DNA from: an uncultured virus (IMG/VR IMGVR_UViG_3300027733_000053)
Taxonomy: Duplodnaviria; Heunggongvirae; Uroviricota; Caudoviricetes; Crassvirales
Direction: 5' to 3' (one strand)
IMG/VR virus record: IMGVR_UViG_3300027733_000053
DNA: 64,000 nucleotides
A model generated the notes under the pieces. That model was not told the DNA's origin, did not search any database, and was given only the letters and a program-made list of their open reading frames with translations. Positions 1-9,600 of this stretch are shown piece after piece (position 1 is the stretch's first letter; every line of letters starts with the position of its first letter). Position numbers and translations under genes: made by a program.

Positions 1-3000
1 CTTGATATTTTTCTACTGGTAATTTCTCAACAGTTTGCGCTCTAAGAGCTTTTGTTCCCTTAATGTTCCAATCAGACACAGTAACAGGATAACCTTCCTT
101 AGAAGCCACCTTTGCCACGTAAGCTACCTGATTATTTAAGTCAAACGATTTGTCTTTTCCATTCTCTTTTCTGAATAACTTTTCTGCTTCAGGAAGAAGT
201 TTCAACGGATCGCTGTTAAAGTCATACACCTTATCCTTAGCAACCTTCACAATGTAACCGTTACGACTAGGAACATTAGGCTCCAATCTATCAGGACGAG
301 TGTAAAGCATTGAACTCTTAACAAGTGGTGACTCTCCTCGGCTTGTAGCTAAGTGAGTACCTACCTTCTCAGGGTTTAACTCCTTGAACTTAGCGTCTGA
401 ATAATGGAAGAATAAATAGTTTCCTTTGTCATCCTCTGTCATCTCCTTGCGTTTACCTGCCTTCTCTACAAGGTCTGTTCCCTTACGAGGCTTTTGAAAT
501 AAAGGTTGTCCTTGACTTACACTTGCCTTTAGTTCTGGTGTTATGTCTATGGAGTGTTGGGTGGAAGTTATTTCTTCTTGTGATTTTTCTGATATTACTT
601 CATATTTTGCACCATTTGATACTTCTTTACTTAGCCAAGCACTTGCTTTTGATTTTGAATCAAAATTATGTGTAGTTACTTTCCCATTTTCGTCTTTAAC
701 TGTTAAATCAAAAGGGGCATTGAGATTATCAGATAATTTTATCTCCACCGTTTTCGGCTCTTGCTTAAACAAACTTTTAGCTACGTTACCTACTATTCCT
801 AAGCTTCCTTCTTTTGGTGAACCATAGAAGCCTTTCATGCCCTTGCCGCCTACTTGTAAATCTACACCTTCATATTTACCACCTTTATTATTAATTATTT
901 TTTCGGCAAGTTCTTTCCCTACAACACCTTCTAACTCACTTTCTTTATAACTACCGCTCGTCTCCTCCCCACTTTTATACTTTGATGTTATTTTATAAAC
1001 AGGAGAATTGTCGGAAGTGGATGTTCGGTCTAATTTAGCGTCTATGTTTTTAATTGTTTGACTCAAATCATACCTTGCATTCTGTTGATCACCTGTTGTC
1101 CACGCAATCTTATCAGCACCTTGTTTAACAGCTTCCTTAAGGGCTACCTTTAAGCCAAGTTTAGTCCAAGCATTTGTATCTGTTACGAATGGGGCTGATG
1201 GAACTTCGCCTCTATTATCAACTTGAAACATATCAAATGCCCTTCTTGAATCTAACATTTCTTGTTCGGCAGGTGCATACTTTTGTGCAAGTTTATTAAA
1301 ATCAGAATCCCTTTTTCTTAAATCAGACCTCGATTCTCCTTCTTTTTTCTTATTGTCATATTGCTTATCAAGTTCTTCTTCTATTTGATTAAACCTTTTG
1401 GTTGCAGAACTTACCTCATCTTGAAGTTTTTTTAATTCCGCTTTTTTTACAGGCGTTTCAAACCCTTCCTTTTTCCCTGTCTGCCCCCAATCGCTTTGTA
1501 CTTCCTCTAAGAACAATACTTTATTCCCTTGTGCATCTTTGCGGGTGTTCATTCGGAGGTGAACGAGGATGTTTGGCTCGTCAAAGTGGGAAGACTTGAA
1601 TTGACTTTCACCAGTTTCTTTTTTAGAAATTAATTCTCTAAATTTCACCATTTCTGATTCAGTAGCTACTTTTCTAAATCTTACTCCTTCACCATACTTT
1701 TTATATAACTGATTTTCATATTCCCTTAACTCATTTTCAGCTTTTATATTTTTGTTGACATTCGGCATTGTAACCAATACCTCTTTGTAATCATTTTTTT
1801 CTCCTTCAAGTTGGTATTGGGAGAACTTGGTGTCATCTGTTTTCTGTCTACTTTTTGGCTTATTTACATATCCTTCTATGCTCCAATTAATACCCTCTAA
1901 TCCATTAATGGCATTAACCATCATATTTTTACCTTCTCCTATGTAATATATTTCTGAAGTTTCACCTCTTTTTTTTATTACTTTAAACAAGCCGTTATCA
2001 GATATATTTACTCCTGAATTTATTTCAGAAAACAAAGACCCCTTTAATGGTATCTCTGTATCTATACTTCCTTTAACCACTTCAACAACACTAACTCTAT
2101 TGTCTTTAAGGTATTGTTGTATGTCTGCCTTAGATACAGAGCCTGTTTGAGAACTTAACCAATCAGTTAATCCTGTCCATTTAGCTTCTTCTCCCTTAGC
2201 AAATTTTTCAATCCATTGTTTAACAGGTAGCTTATCAAACTTGCTATCCGCAATTACTTTTTCAAGTGGTGAATAAAATCCATTAACTACATCTGGCTGA
2301 GTTTCTTTAACCTCAACATCTTTTCCATTAATATTTAATGAAGTGATTTCTTGTCTTGGCTTTTGCATATGAAGACTAGGTTCACCTTTTGATATTGCTT
2401 TATATTTTCCTAACTCGCTAGTTAAATCTTTTGAAGAAACATGATTAAGATCTGTATCGCTTTTAAATTTATATGATGGTTTTGTTGTAGTGGTAACTCC
2501 AAATCCTTTTGTTTCTGTTTCCCCAATCTTTGCACTTCTTCCTTCTATAGCTTGATTTTTACCAAATGTTTTAAATGTTTTATTGAAAATATCTACGCCA
2601 ACAGGTGATTTGTCTATTGTTTTTATAGCAAACGGATATGATGGATGGTTTAAATCTTTTTCAAAAAATACAGGGCTTGTTATTTTTAATGCTGAATACG
2701 CATCTCCTGTTTCTAATCCTTTTAAAAAATCTTCCTGACCTAAATCCATAAACATCTTGTCGACTCCAGCTCCTGATGCTTTATATTCCCCTTTCTTTAA
2801 TTTTGTTTTATCAAATACAAATTGCTTTTCTCCATTAGGGTTTAATATAAATGAATTTTCATTATACCCCATATCAATCAACATTTTTGTTATGATTGGA
2901 TTTGCATTTTTAATTAATGATGCTCTAAAAGAATCATAAGAAGAATTTGCTTCAGACATAGTTTGTCCATCTTCCATTCTTCCTCCTTTTAAATAATTAT

Positions 3001-6000
3001 CAAATAATCCAATAACAGAATCAACATTTCTTACATTTCCTATTTTATAAGTTGATTTTATAGCATCGATTAATCCATTATAACCCTCTTTATTTTTAGC
3101 ATAAGCCAATAAAGTTTTTACAAATCCAACTTTTGCAGATAAAGATGTTTTATGTTTTAAGTCACTACCTTTCCCAAGAACCACAGCACCAGGCTTAGGG
3201 TTTTCAGGCAATGATAAATTAAATATTTCTCCTTTTTTATTTTTTAATATCCAATCATTTTTCCCTTTACCTTTTTCAACTTCAAACGAACCTTCATTAA
3301 AAGATTCTGGTAATTTAATTCCATTATTTATAAATAACGATCTGTTAAATTGAGTAGAAAAAGAACCAGCAGAATCAGCACTTACTGATGCTCCAGCTTT
3401 CCCTGTTTCGCCTCCATTTAATGGATAAAAAACACCTCCATCAAAACTTGCTATTTTTTTACCATCATGTAAAATATCTCCTACAAACAAATCATCCCAA
3501 TGAGTAAGAGCAAATGTTAGATCTTTAAGCGAATCTTTTGGACTTATTACTTTTACTCTTCCACTTTCTACAGCTTTTTCACTTTCTTTTGCATCCAATG
3601 CTGGTTTTTTAGTTATCCCAGATTCCCCATAATTAGTAATCTGTTTTTGAATTGCAAAAATAGTATTTTTAGCTTTTTTCTTATTTTCTATTTTAACATC
3701 AATAGCCTCACCTTTTTCAAATCCTGTAGATATTTTATCTGCAAGTGCCTTTAATTCTCCTACAGTCTTTATTTTTCCAGACAAATCAACTCCTACAGCC
3801 TTCATCATATTAACAAAGATCTGTTTAATCTTATCGAAGTTACTCTCTGTAATTTTAACTTTACCGTCTGCAACGTCAGCAATAAATTCTGTTACAGCTT
3901 CCATCTTTTGTTGAGCCTCATCATAAGCTGAAGCAAACTCTTTTGAATAGAAACCTTCTTTACCTGCACGCTTCTCAGCCGAAACAACTTGATTAAATAA
4001 TCTATCAACAGCTTTCGGATCAACAGCATGTATAGCATTTAATATAGGATGAACTCCTTCGTGAAACAAGGTGTTGCTTTGAATTTTCTCAAGGTTCAGA
4101 TGAATAGTTTTTGTTTCTGAATCGTAAAATCCTCCTGCTACTATGCTTTCTTGTGCTTTACCACCTGCCTTTTCAGCAGCTTTCGCAAAAGCTTCTGGAG
4201 TTTCATGTGTTTCTACTTTTAAATCAGGACTAACATCTTTCAATGCAGCTACAACGTTATCAACCTGTGCCTTTGTCTTCTCTATTACTTCCTTTTGCCC
4301 TGCCTTAGCCTTAAGCTCTTCTAGTTGAGCCTTTTCGTTTTCTTTTAAAGTACCGTGTGATTCTTTTAGTTTAAGCGTGTTGTACTTACTTTTTTCTGCA
4401 GGAGTAATCTTTTCAGCTTTAACTTCTTCAGGTAATTTAGATGCCCATTCAGGAAGTAATCCTATTTTTTGTTCTGCAAAAGGTTTTTCTTTTGCAGAAA
4501 CTTTTTTGATATTACCATTCTCATCTCTTAAATGCTCACCAAAGTTAACCCAAGAGTTTTGTCCGCGAGTCTCAGTAGTCATAGCTCTTCTTGCTAATGG
4601 ACTAAACATACGAGCGTGAACATCCCATGCATTCTCTTCTCCCTTTGCTCCAAAAGAATTACCTCTTTCACCGTGACCAAATGCATCATGAACAAAACGG
4701 AACACATCGTTTACAAGCAATGGTTTTCCGTTAATGTCTTTCTGCCCACTATCTTTTAATAATGGATTCTCTGACCTTTGTTTTTCTGTTATCTCTTTAC
4801 CACCAAATTCTTTTTCTGTTGAAAGAACAAAAAGATGTTTATTATCTCTAAGGTCTTTAAGCATTTCAGTAGAATTCTTATATGGCTCTCCTTCCCCTTC
4901 ATATATTTCAACCTTGTAACCATTGTCAACTAAATGTTTATGTTGATCAACACTTTCTTTTGCTAAAGCTTCATAAGAGGCTTTAGTCTCAGGGTCATTA
5001 GGGTTATTCTTCATCTCTTGAAAAGCATCGGCACGTTTCTTTGCCTCCTCTTCACTGATATCGAAAATCTTTTCTCCCTTAGGTGTTTCTATCCCAACGT
5101 TCTTTTTGTAACTATCAGCTACATTAGAAATTTCAGGAACAGGTTCTGAAAATAATTTACCTCCAGCTTTTACTTCTTTAACTTCAATTTGTTTACCTTC
5201 TTCGGTAGGCGCAGTCCCTTGCTCGCCTTGTCCCATTCCGACACGTTCACCCCCTGTGACTCCAGCTTCGTTTTGTTCGCGTGGAAGAATCCCTGTTGTG
5301 CTTTGCTTTTGTACGGCATCTTTTTGTTGTGTTAGTTCGTTAATTTGTGTGTCTAAAATATCGTGAACGGATTTATATACAACAGGGACATTTTTTTTGT
5401 CTTCCTGTAAACGTTCAATCCTTGCCGTTAAATCTTCTGCTGTTACTGCATTATCTGCATTTAGTTTTGCTTCAACCAATTGTATATCAGCATCTGTTCT
5501 ATTTGCCTCAGCAATCTCTTGTTCCTTGAAATCGATTTGTTGATAAAGCATATCCTTTGCCTCGCCTTCAGGAAGATTCTCGAAAGCACTCTGCATCTCA
5601 GCAAGCTCTGTTTGCAGCTTGTCATTATTTGGAGCTGTCTTTTCTTCTACAGTGTTTATCTTATTAAGAATTTCTTTTGATGCAGGTGTATCAGATTTCT
5701 CTGCCTCGTTCTTAATGTCAGTAATGTTTACCTTCTTTAATCCTTCCTGTAAATTTTCAAATGATTGTTTTTCTTCAGGTGTAGCTTTGTTTTCTGCAAC
5801 CTTCTGAGAAATATCTTTTAAATCTTTTATTGATTTTATTTGTGATTTTATTTCTCCTGCACCGCGCATAGCTCCTGCAACTGCTGCAAAGTCTAATAGC
5901 TCTAAAACCATAGCACTATTGCTTCCTTCTTCAGGTTTTATGCCCATAGCATTTGTTAGCTTAGATACCATAGTAAATGGAGTATCTAAAACATTCTCTA

Positions 6001-6580
6001 CAGTTTTAGCTGTCTCAGGAGAAAGATTTTTATTTGCTGCTGTTTTTATTGCATCGATAGCTATGTTGAATTCTACTGCTGCAGGAATTAAATTGAATGC
6101 TGTTTGAGTGCCTCCTGTTAATGTCGTTAATGTTCCTTTTACAATATCTTGTTTCTGAACAGGTGTTCCAAAAAGCAAATTAGCTCCCTCTCCCATCTTC
6201 TCAACACCGCCCTTTATCGCTTCACCTGTTTTAACAGCAAACTCATTAGACCAATCGGCTATAGGTTGTAACGCTCCCCATGTTTGAGACATAGGAGTTT
6301 TAATGATAGGTTCTTCGTGTGGTTGATTGTTCTCTACTGCTGCAGCAAAAGACTCTAATTGATCCTTGTCATACCCTTTATCAACAAGGGTTTTGATGTA
6401 ATGCTCTTTATATATTGGTGATGGATTAGAAACTAAATCTTTAGCCATACCTTGCTTTAACAAGTCTGACTTAGCAAGATCGTGCTTAACGATGTTATCC
6501 TGTTTTATCTGATTGACATAAGGAACCTTAATCTTCTCCTCTGAAGTAGAAGGGGCTTCGAATCCCACAGCCTCTGCCAT
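1..6580 (-). CDS. Giant polyvalent virion/ejection protein, N-terminal part (>2190 aa, runs off the left edge; true start probably ATG 6725 via frameshift)
   Basis: Frame open from ATG 6580 to base 1; absent from the ORF track because no stop lies in the window. Manual translation shows HDAFGH (~4670-4690), HEGVH zincin motif (4049-4063), an EEVQSDW domain (~1490) and an ART-like FHYS..LYT domain (<450). Confidence 0.85.
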   Translation of the reverse strand, partial: MAEAVGFEAPSTSEEKIKVPYVNQIKQDNIVKHDLAKSDLLKQGMAKDLVSNPSPIYKEHYIKTLVDKGYDKDQLESFAAAVENNQPHEEPIIKTPMSQTWGALQPIADWSNEFAVKTGEAIKGGVEKMGEGANLLFGTPVQKQDIVKGTLTTLTGGTQTAFNLIPAAVEFNIAIDAIKTAANKNLSPETAKTVENVLDTPFTMVSKLTNAMGIKPEEGSNSAMVLELLDFAAVAGAMRGAGEIKSQIKSIKDLKDISQKVAENKATPEEKQSFENLQEGLKKVNITDIKNEAEKSDTPASKEILNKINTVEEKTAPNNDKLQTELAEMQSAFENLPEGEAKDMLYQQIDFKEQEIAEANRTDADIQLVEAKLNADNAVTAEDLTARIERLQEDKKNVPVVYKSVHDILDTQINELTQQKDAVQKQSTTGILPREQNEAGVTGGERVGMGQGEQGTAPTEEGKQIEVKEVKAGGKLFSEPVPEISNVADSYKKNVGIETPKGEKIFDISEEEAKKRADAFQEMKNNPNDPETKASYEALAKESVDQHKHLVDNGYKVEIYEGEGEPYKNSTEMLKDLRDNKHLFVLSTEKEFGGKEITEKQRSENPLLKDSGQKDINGKPLLVNDVFRFVHDAFGHGERGNSFGAKGEENAWDVHARMFSPLARRAMTTETRGQNSWVNFGEHLRDENGNIKKVSAKEKPFAEQKIGLLPEWASKLPEEVKAEKITPAEKSKYNTLKLKESHGTLKENEKAQLEELKAKAGQKEVIEKTKAQVDNVVAALKDVSPDLKVETHETPEAFAKAAEKAGGKAQESIVAGGFYDSETKTIHLNLEKIQSNTLFHEGVHPILNAIHAVDPKAVDRLFNQVVSAEKRAGKEGFYSKEFASAYDEAQQKMEAVTEFIADVADGKVKITESNFDKIKQIFVNMMKAVGVDLSGKIKTVGELKALADKISTGFEKGEAIDVKIENKKKAKNTIFAIQKQITNYGESGITKKPALDAKESEKAVESGRVKVISPKDSLKDLTFALTHWDDLFVGDILHDGKKIASFDGGVFYPLNGGETGKAGASVSADSAGSFSTQFNRSLFINNGIKLPESFNEGSFEVEKGKGKNDWILKNKKGEIFNLSLPENPKPGAVVLGKGSDLKHKTSLSAKVGFVKTLLAYAKNKEGYNGLIDAIKSTYKIGNVRNVDSVIGLFDNYLKGGRMEDGQTMSEANSSYDSFRASLIKNANPIITKMLIDMGYNENSFILNPNGEKQFVFDKTKLKKGEYKASGAGVDKMFMDLGQEDFLKGLETGDAYSALKITSPVFFEKDLNHPSYPFAIKTIDKSPVGVDIFNKTFKTFGKNQAIEGRSAKIGETETKGFGVTTTTKPSYKFKSDTDLNHVSSKDLTSELGKYKAISKGEPSLHMQKPRQEITSLNINGKDVEVKETQPDVVNGFYSPLEKVIADSKFDKLPVKQWIEKFAKGEEAKWTGLTDWLSSQTGSVSKADIQQYLKDNRVSVVEVVKGSIDTEIPLKGSLFSEINSGVNISDNGLFKVIKKRGETSEIYYIGEGKNMMVNAINGLEGINWSIEGYVNKPKSRQKTDDTKFSQYQLEGEKNDYKEVLVTMPNVNKNIKAENELREYENQLYKKYGEGVRFRKVATESEMVKFRELISKKETGESQFKSSHFDEPNILVHLRMNTRKDAQGNKVLFLEEVQSDWGQTGKKEGFETPVKKAELKKLQDEVSSATKRFNQIEEELDKQYDNKKKEGESRSDLRKRDSDFNKLAQKYAPAEQEMLDSRRAFDMFQVDNRGEVPSAPFVTDTNAWTKLGLKVALKEAVKQGADKIAWTTGDQQNARYDLSQTIKNIDAKLDRTSTSDNSPVYKITSKYKSGEETSGSYKESELEGVVGKELAEKIINNKGGKYEGVDLQVGGKGMKGFYGSPKEGSLGIVGNVAKSLFKQEPKTVEIKLSDNLNAPFDLTVKDENGKVTTHNFDSKSKASAWLSKEVSNGAKYEVISEKSQEEITSTQHSIDITPELKASVSQGQPLFQKPRKGTDLVEKAGKRKEMTEDDKGNYLFFHYSDAKFKELNPEKVGTHLATSRGESPLVKSSMLYTRPDRLEPNVPSRNGYIVKVAKDKVYDFNSDPLKLLPEAEKLFRKENGKDKSFDLNNQVAYVAKVASKEGYPVTVSDWNIKGTKALRAQTVEKLPVEKYQ

Positions 6581-6725
6581 TGATTTTGAAGTACCACCTA
6601 CCGATTTCGATGGTGAGGTGGGCGGATTTTTTTTTTGCCACACCGTTCAAATCGTCAAGTGTGGGTAGTGTTTCAGATGTTGAATCGTTGTTTAATTCGT
6701 CTAATGTTGGCAGTTTGTCTTCCAT
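6528..6725 (-). CDS. Short zero-frame ORF (MEDKLPTLDELN...AKKK); probable N-terminus of the giant protein
   Basis: ATG 2 nt after the upstream stop; duplicated LPTLD(E/D)LN peptide; A10 run overlaps the giant frame. Confidence 0.65.
   Translation of the reverse strand: MEDKLPTLDELNNDSTSETLPTLDDLNGVAKKKSAHLTIEIGRWYFKINGRGCGIRSPFYFRGED
6594..6636 (-). promoter_or_regulatory. Candidate recoding signal: A10 slippery run, 5-nt spacer, stem-loop
   Basis: Minus strand GC-AAAAAAAAAA-TCCGC-CCACCT(C)ACC-ATCGAAATC-GGTAGGTGG. Confidence 0.6.
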
Positions 6726-6727
6726 TG

Positions 6728-7981
6728 TTATTGCATTACCCATTTAGTACCATTATATACTGCAGTTCCGCCTTGGACAGCTTTAGTATCTCCTTTTTTA
6801 GGAGCTTTATTATTTGAATCCTTTGAATTGTATTTCTTTATAGTTACATGCTCAGGAGCTTTACCGTTTAATAAATCAGTAGGGTTTTCTATACCGAAAG
6901 AATTTATCATAACATCCGCCACTGAATTGTAATCTAAAAGTTTTATTCTTTGTACTGGATTTCCATCGTCATCTTTCTCTGTTACAGATCCCTTAAGCAT
7001 TATCTTTCCGCCTTTTGTTTGAACAATAGCCATAGGTGTAATATCCATTGTCCCACCTTTAACGTCAGGGTTGTCAACCTTTAGCTTAGGATTCTCTGCT
7101 TTGTCAGTAAAGTTAAACGAAGCTGTCTTATCTCCATTAGGTTGCTCTGTTACTACAGCCGATACTCTTGGACGTTTTGTTGTTTCTCCTTGACCTGTAG
7201 CTTGAGGGCCTGCCTTTGTATCACTAACAACTAACTTTGGAGCATAGATTTTTTTATAGTATTCTATAGGGTCTTTTGCTCCAAGCTTATCTGCTGCTCT
7301 ATTAAAATCATATGCAGCCTGCTCAAATAATTGAGCGTCTTTCAAATCATCTTCAATTGATTTTTCAGCTTGCGCTAATGTAAAAGTCTTACGATAAGGT
7401 GTATCTTGTGCCATCGCTTGAGCGTTTGGAGCTAACACCTTTAAAACTCTATCGTTATAATTAATGTTTTGTTTATAAATAGATGGGTCATCATTCCAAT
7501 TACCAGCATCTGCTGTAGAAGCTCTCTTTAAATGCTCATCCATTACACCCTCTCTATAAGATGCAGGGTCTTTAGCAATCATTTGACCATTAGCCTCCCA
7601 CTTCTCACGATAGTTCTTAGACAACTCTGCATTTGTGTTATAGTCACCATAAAGTCTTTGAAACTCTAACGTAGCCCCTATATCTCCATTGCGTAACTTG
7701 TCGTGATTTTTATTAACGAAGTCTCTTATGCCTTGAGCTTTCTCAGCAAACATTTGTTGATCCTTAGGCATAATCTCAATAGAACCCATCTTAGATAGGT
7801 TGCTCATCACATCTGCTTCAGTATCTGCCGCTTCTTTTTCTTTCGCTTGCTTAGCAGCAAAATCCTCCTTCTTCTTTTGAAGAAGATTCTCCTGCGTTTG
7901 TTTAGTGTCTATTATTTGAGCTGCGCCTTTTCCAATATCATATAGATCTGTACGGGCATCGGCTGTTGAGTTATTGTACAT
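6728..7981 (-). CDS. Putative internal virion/ejection protein
   Basis: 417 aa, helical N-half, lies between the pilot-like gene and the giant gene. Confidence 0.55.
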   Translation of the reverse strand: MYNNSTADARTDLYDIGKGAAQIIDTKQTQENLLQKKKEDFAAKQAKEKEAADTEADVMSNLSKMGSIEIMPKDQQMFAEKAQGIRDFVNKNHDKLRNGDIGATLEFQRLYGDYNTNAELSKNYREKWEANGQMIAKDPASYREGVMDEHLKRASTADAGNWNDDPSIYKQNINYNDRVLKVLAPNAQAMAQDTPYRKTFTLAQAEKSIEDDLKDAQLFEQAAYDFNRAADKLGAKDPIEYYKKIYAPKLVVSDTKAGPQATGQGETTKRPRVSAVVTEQPNGDKTASFNFTDKAENPKLKVDNPDVKGGTMDITPMAIVQTKGGKIMLKGSVTEKDDDGNPVQRIKLLDYNSVADVMINSFGIENPTDLLNGKAPEHVTIKKYNSKDSNNKAPKKGDTKAVQGGTAVYNGTKWVMQ

Positions 7982-7982
7982 C

Positions 7983-8714
7983 TTATTGAGGATAATAAGG
8001 GTTTAAATTAGTCTGCTTAAACATATTAGTTGTGTCAGGAGCATTCCATTGACCCATATTATTTCCGTACTGATTTCCTGGCTGAACAAACATTCCCTTT
8101 GTATTAGGATTGTTATATGTACCAACGTTTGTGTTACCATAAGGATTAACTTCACCACCTGTATCTGTTGATTCAGGAGCTTTAGCTTTAGGCTTCATGC
8201 CTGCAACTCCTCCGCCTGCCATTTGCAATCCTCCAGAAATATTCTGCATACCTGCACCAATCATTGCTTGGTTCTGAGCAGTTCTTTCGTAGTAAGGATT
8301 TTCCTTGTTAATTCCCCAAGCCTTGTCTTTGTAATCAGCCATGTTCTGTCTTTGAGCAGATAGAGTCTGTTGATTAGCTTGTCTTGCTGCTGCATCCATA
8401 CCTAACAGATTACCATATGCCTGATTCTGGCTATCTGCTAACCCTGCAATACCTGCCAACCCACCTTTACGTGAACCTGCAGAAGCTAACGCTTGAGCAG
8501 AACCTCTTTGAAGGTTCGATAAATATTGTTGCTTTTGCTCCTCAGGAAGACCTTGCAGAGCTTGTTGTTGTGCTTGATTAAGATTTTGCTTTACCTCGTC
8601 AGGAATTTGGTATTCAGGACGTTTATTTTTCTTTTGGTCGTAATAGCCTTTAGCCATTTGAACACCACCCATTACAGCGGTAGCTCCGCCAACTCCAACA
8701 GCTATCCAAGTCAT
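7983..8714 (-). CDS. Putative ejection/DNA pilot protein
   Basis: Gly/Ala hydrophobic N-terminus and Q/A-rich coiled coil, typical of podovirus ejected proteins. Confidence 0.6.
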   Translation of the reverse strand: MTWIAVGVGGATAVMGGVQMAKGYYDQKKNKRPEYQIPDEVKQNLNQAQQQALQGLPEEQKQQYLSNLQRGSAQALASAGSRKGGLAGIAGLADSQNQAYGNLLGMDAAARQANQQTLSAQRQNMADYKDKAWGINKENPYYERTAQNQAMIGAGMQNISGGLQMAGGGVAGMKPKAKAPESTDTGGEVNPYGNTNVGTYNNPNTKGMFVQPGNQYGNNMGQWNAPDTTNMFKQTNLNPYYPQ

Positions 8715-9229
8715 CGTATTAATTTTTTAAAGAAAGAAATTAAACGATTTTCTTTCTTGGTTGTTTTTATAAATCTTTCATAATCCTCGTAGCTATCAGC
8801 GATAACTTCTTTTTCTAACAACTCTAAATCTTGAGTGTTAGTTGGATTAAGGTGTACTGTTATCCATACTGTGTCAGTGATAGCGTGAACAACTCTTTTA
8901 GTTCCTGCTGGAGATATCATAGACATTGGGCCTTGTAATTCTTCCATCCCATTCTCCGTTACAACTAACACTTTCCCTGACATTAAAAAGTTTGGGTGAT
9001 CATGTTTGTGAATCTTTCCAACTAACATAGTGTCAGCAGGAATAAATATCTCTCTTACATAAATACCATCCGAAAAAGTATGATTCAATGGACAGTATGA
9101 TGAGTCTCCTATAAAAGCACCTTCTACCCCTCTTAACTTATCCTCTACAGACATTATATCTTCTCTTATGTGCTGCTTAGATGCTGTTATTTCATTATCT
9201 ATTGCTGCCAAAGCTGGGTCTAATGCCAT
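8711..9229 (-). CDS. Cupin-fold protein
   Basis: HTFSDGIYVREIFIP..GKIHKHDHPNFL..G.V.V cupin-like motif. Confidence 0.7.
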   Translation of the reverse strand: MALDPALAAIDNEITASKQHIREDIMSVEDKLRGVEGAFIGDSSYCPLNHTFSDGIYVREIFIPADTMLVGKIHKHDHPNFLMSGKVLVVTENGMEELQGPMSMISPAGTKRVVHAITDTVWITVHLNPTNTQDLELLEKEVIADSYEDYERFIKTTKKENRLISFFKKLIR

Positions 9230-9582
9230 TATCTTTTATTTAGAAATTCATATAGAGCAATCACTAATAACGTACCCATCAAACCTATCAACCCTCCTAC
9301 AAAAATATCAAAAATACTTGACATTCCAAACATTAGAACAAAATTTATTATACCACTCCAAAATGAGAAGCATTTGTGACAGTTAAATATCTCATCAAAG
9401 AACCAATATACCTTATACTTTATAGTTGTTATTACTCCTTTCATCTCAGGAGACTTCATAGCTATAGAAAAGCATTTACGTTTATGACTTAGCCACGACC
9501 TGAATGGTGTTAGTAGTGTAGAATACACAGCTATCCAAGATAACCCCGATGTTGCTAATATGAATTTCAGTAGTTCTAACAT
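9229..9582 (-). CDS. Small membrane protein with CxxC (DUF1360-like)
   Basis: Hydrophobic segments, FNCHKCFSFW. Confidence 0.5.
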   Translation of the reverse strand: MLELLKFILATSGLSWIAVYSTLLTPFRSWLSHKRKCFSIAMKSPEMKGVITTIKYKVYWFFDEIFNCHKCFSFWSGIINFVLMFGMSSIFDIFVGGLIGLMGTLLVIALYEFLNKR

Positions 9583-9600
9583 AAGTCAAATATAATAAAT

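Noticed and set aside
543..6107. Many short plus-strand ORFs
   Set aside because: Antisense to the continuous giant minus-strand ORF.
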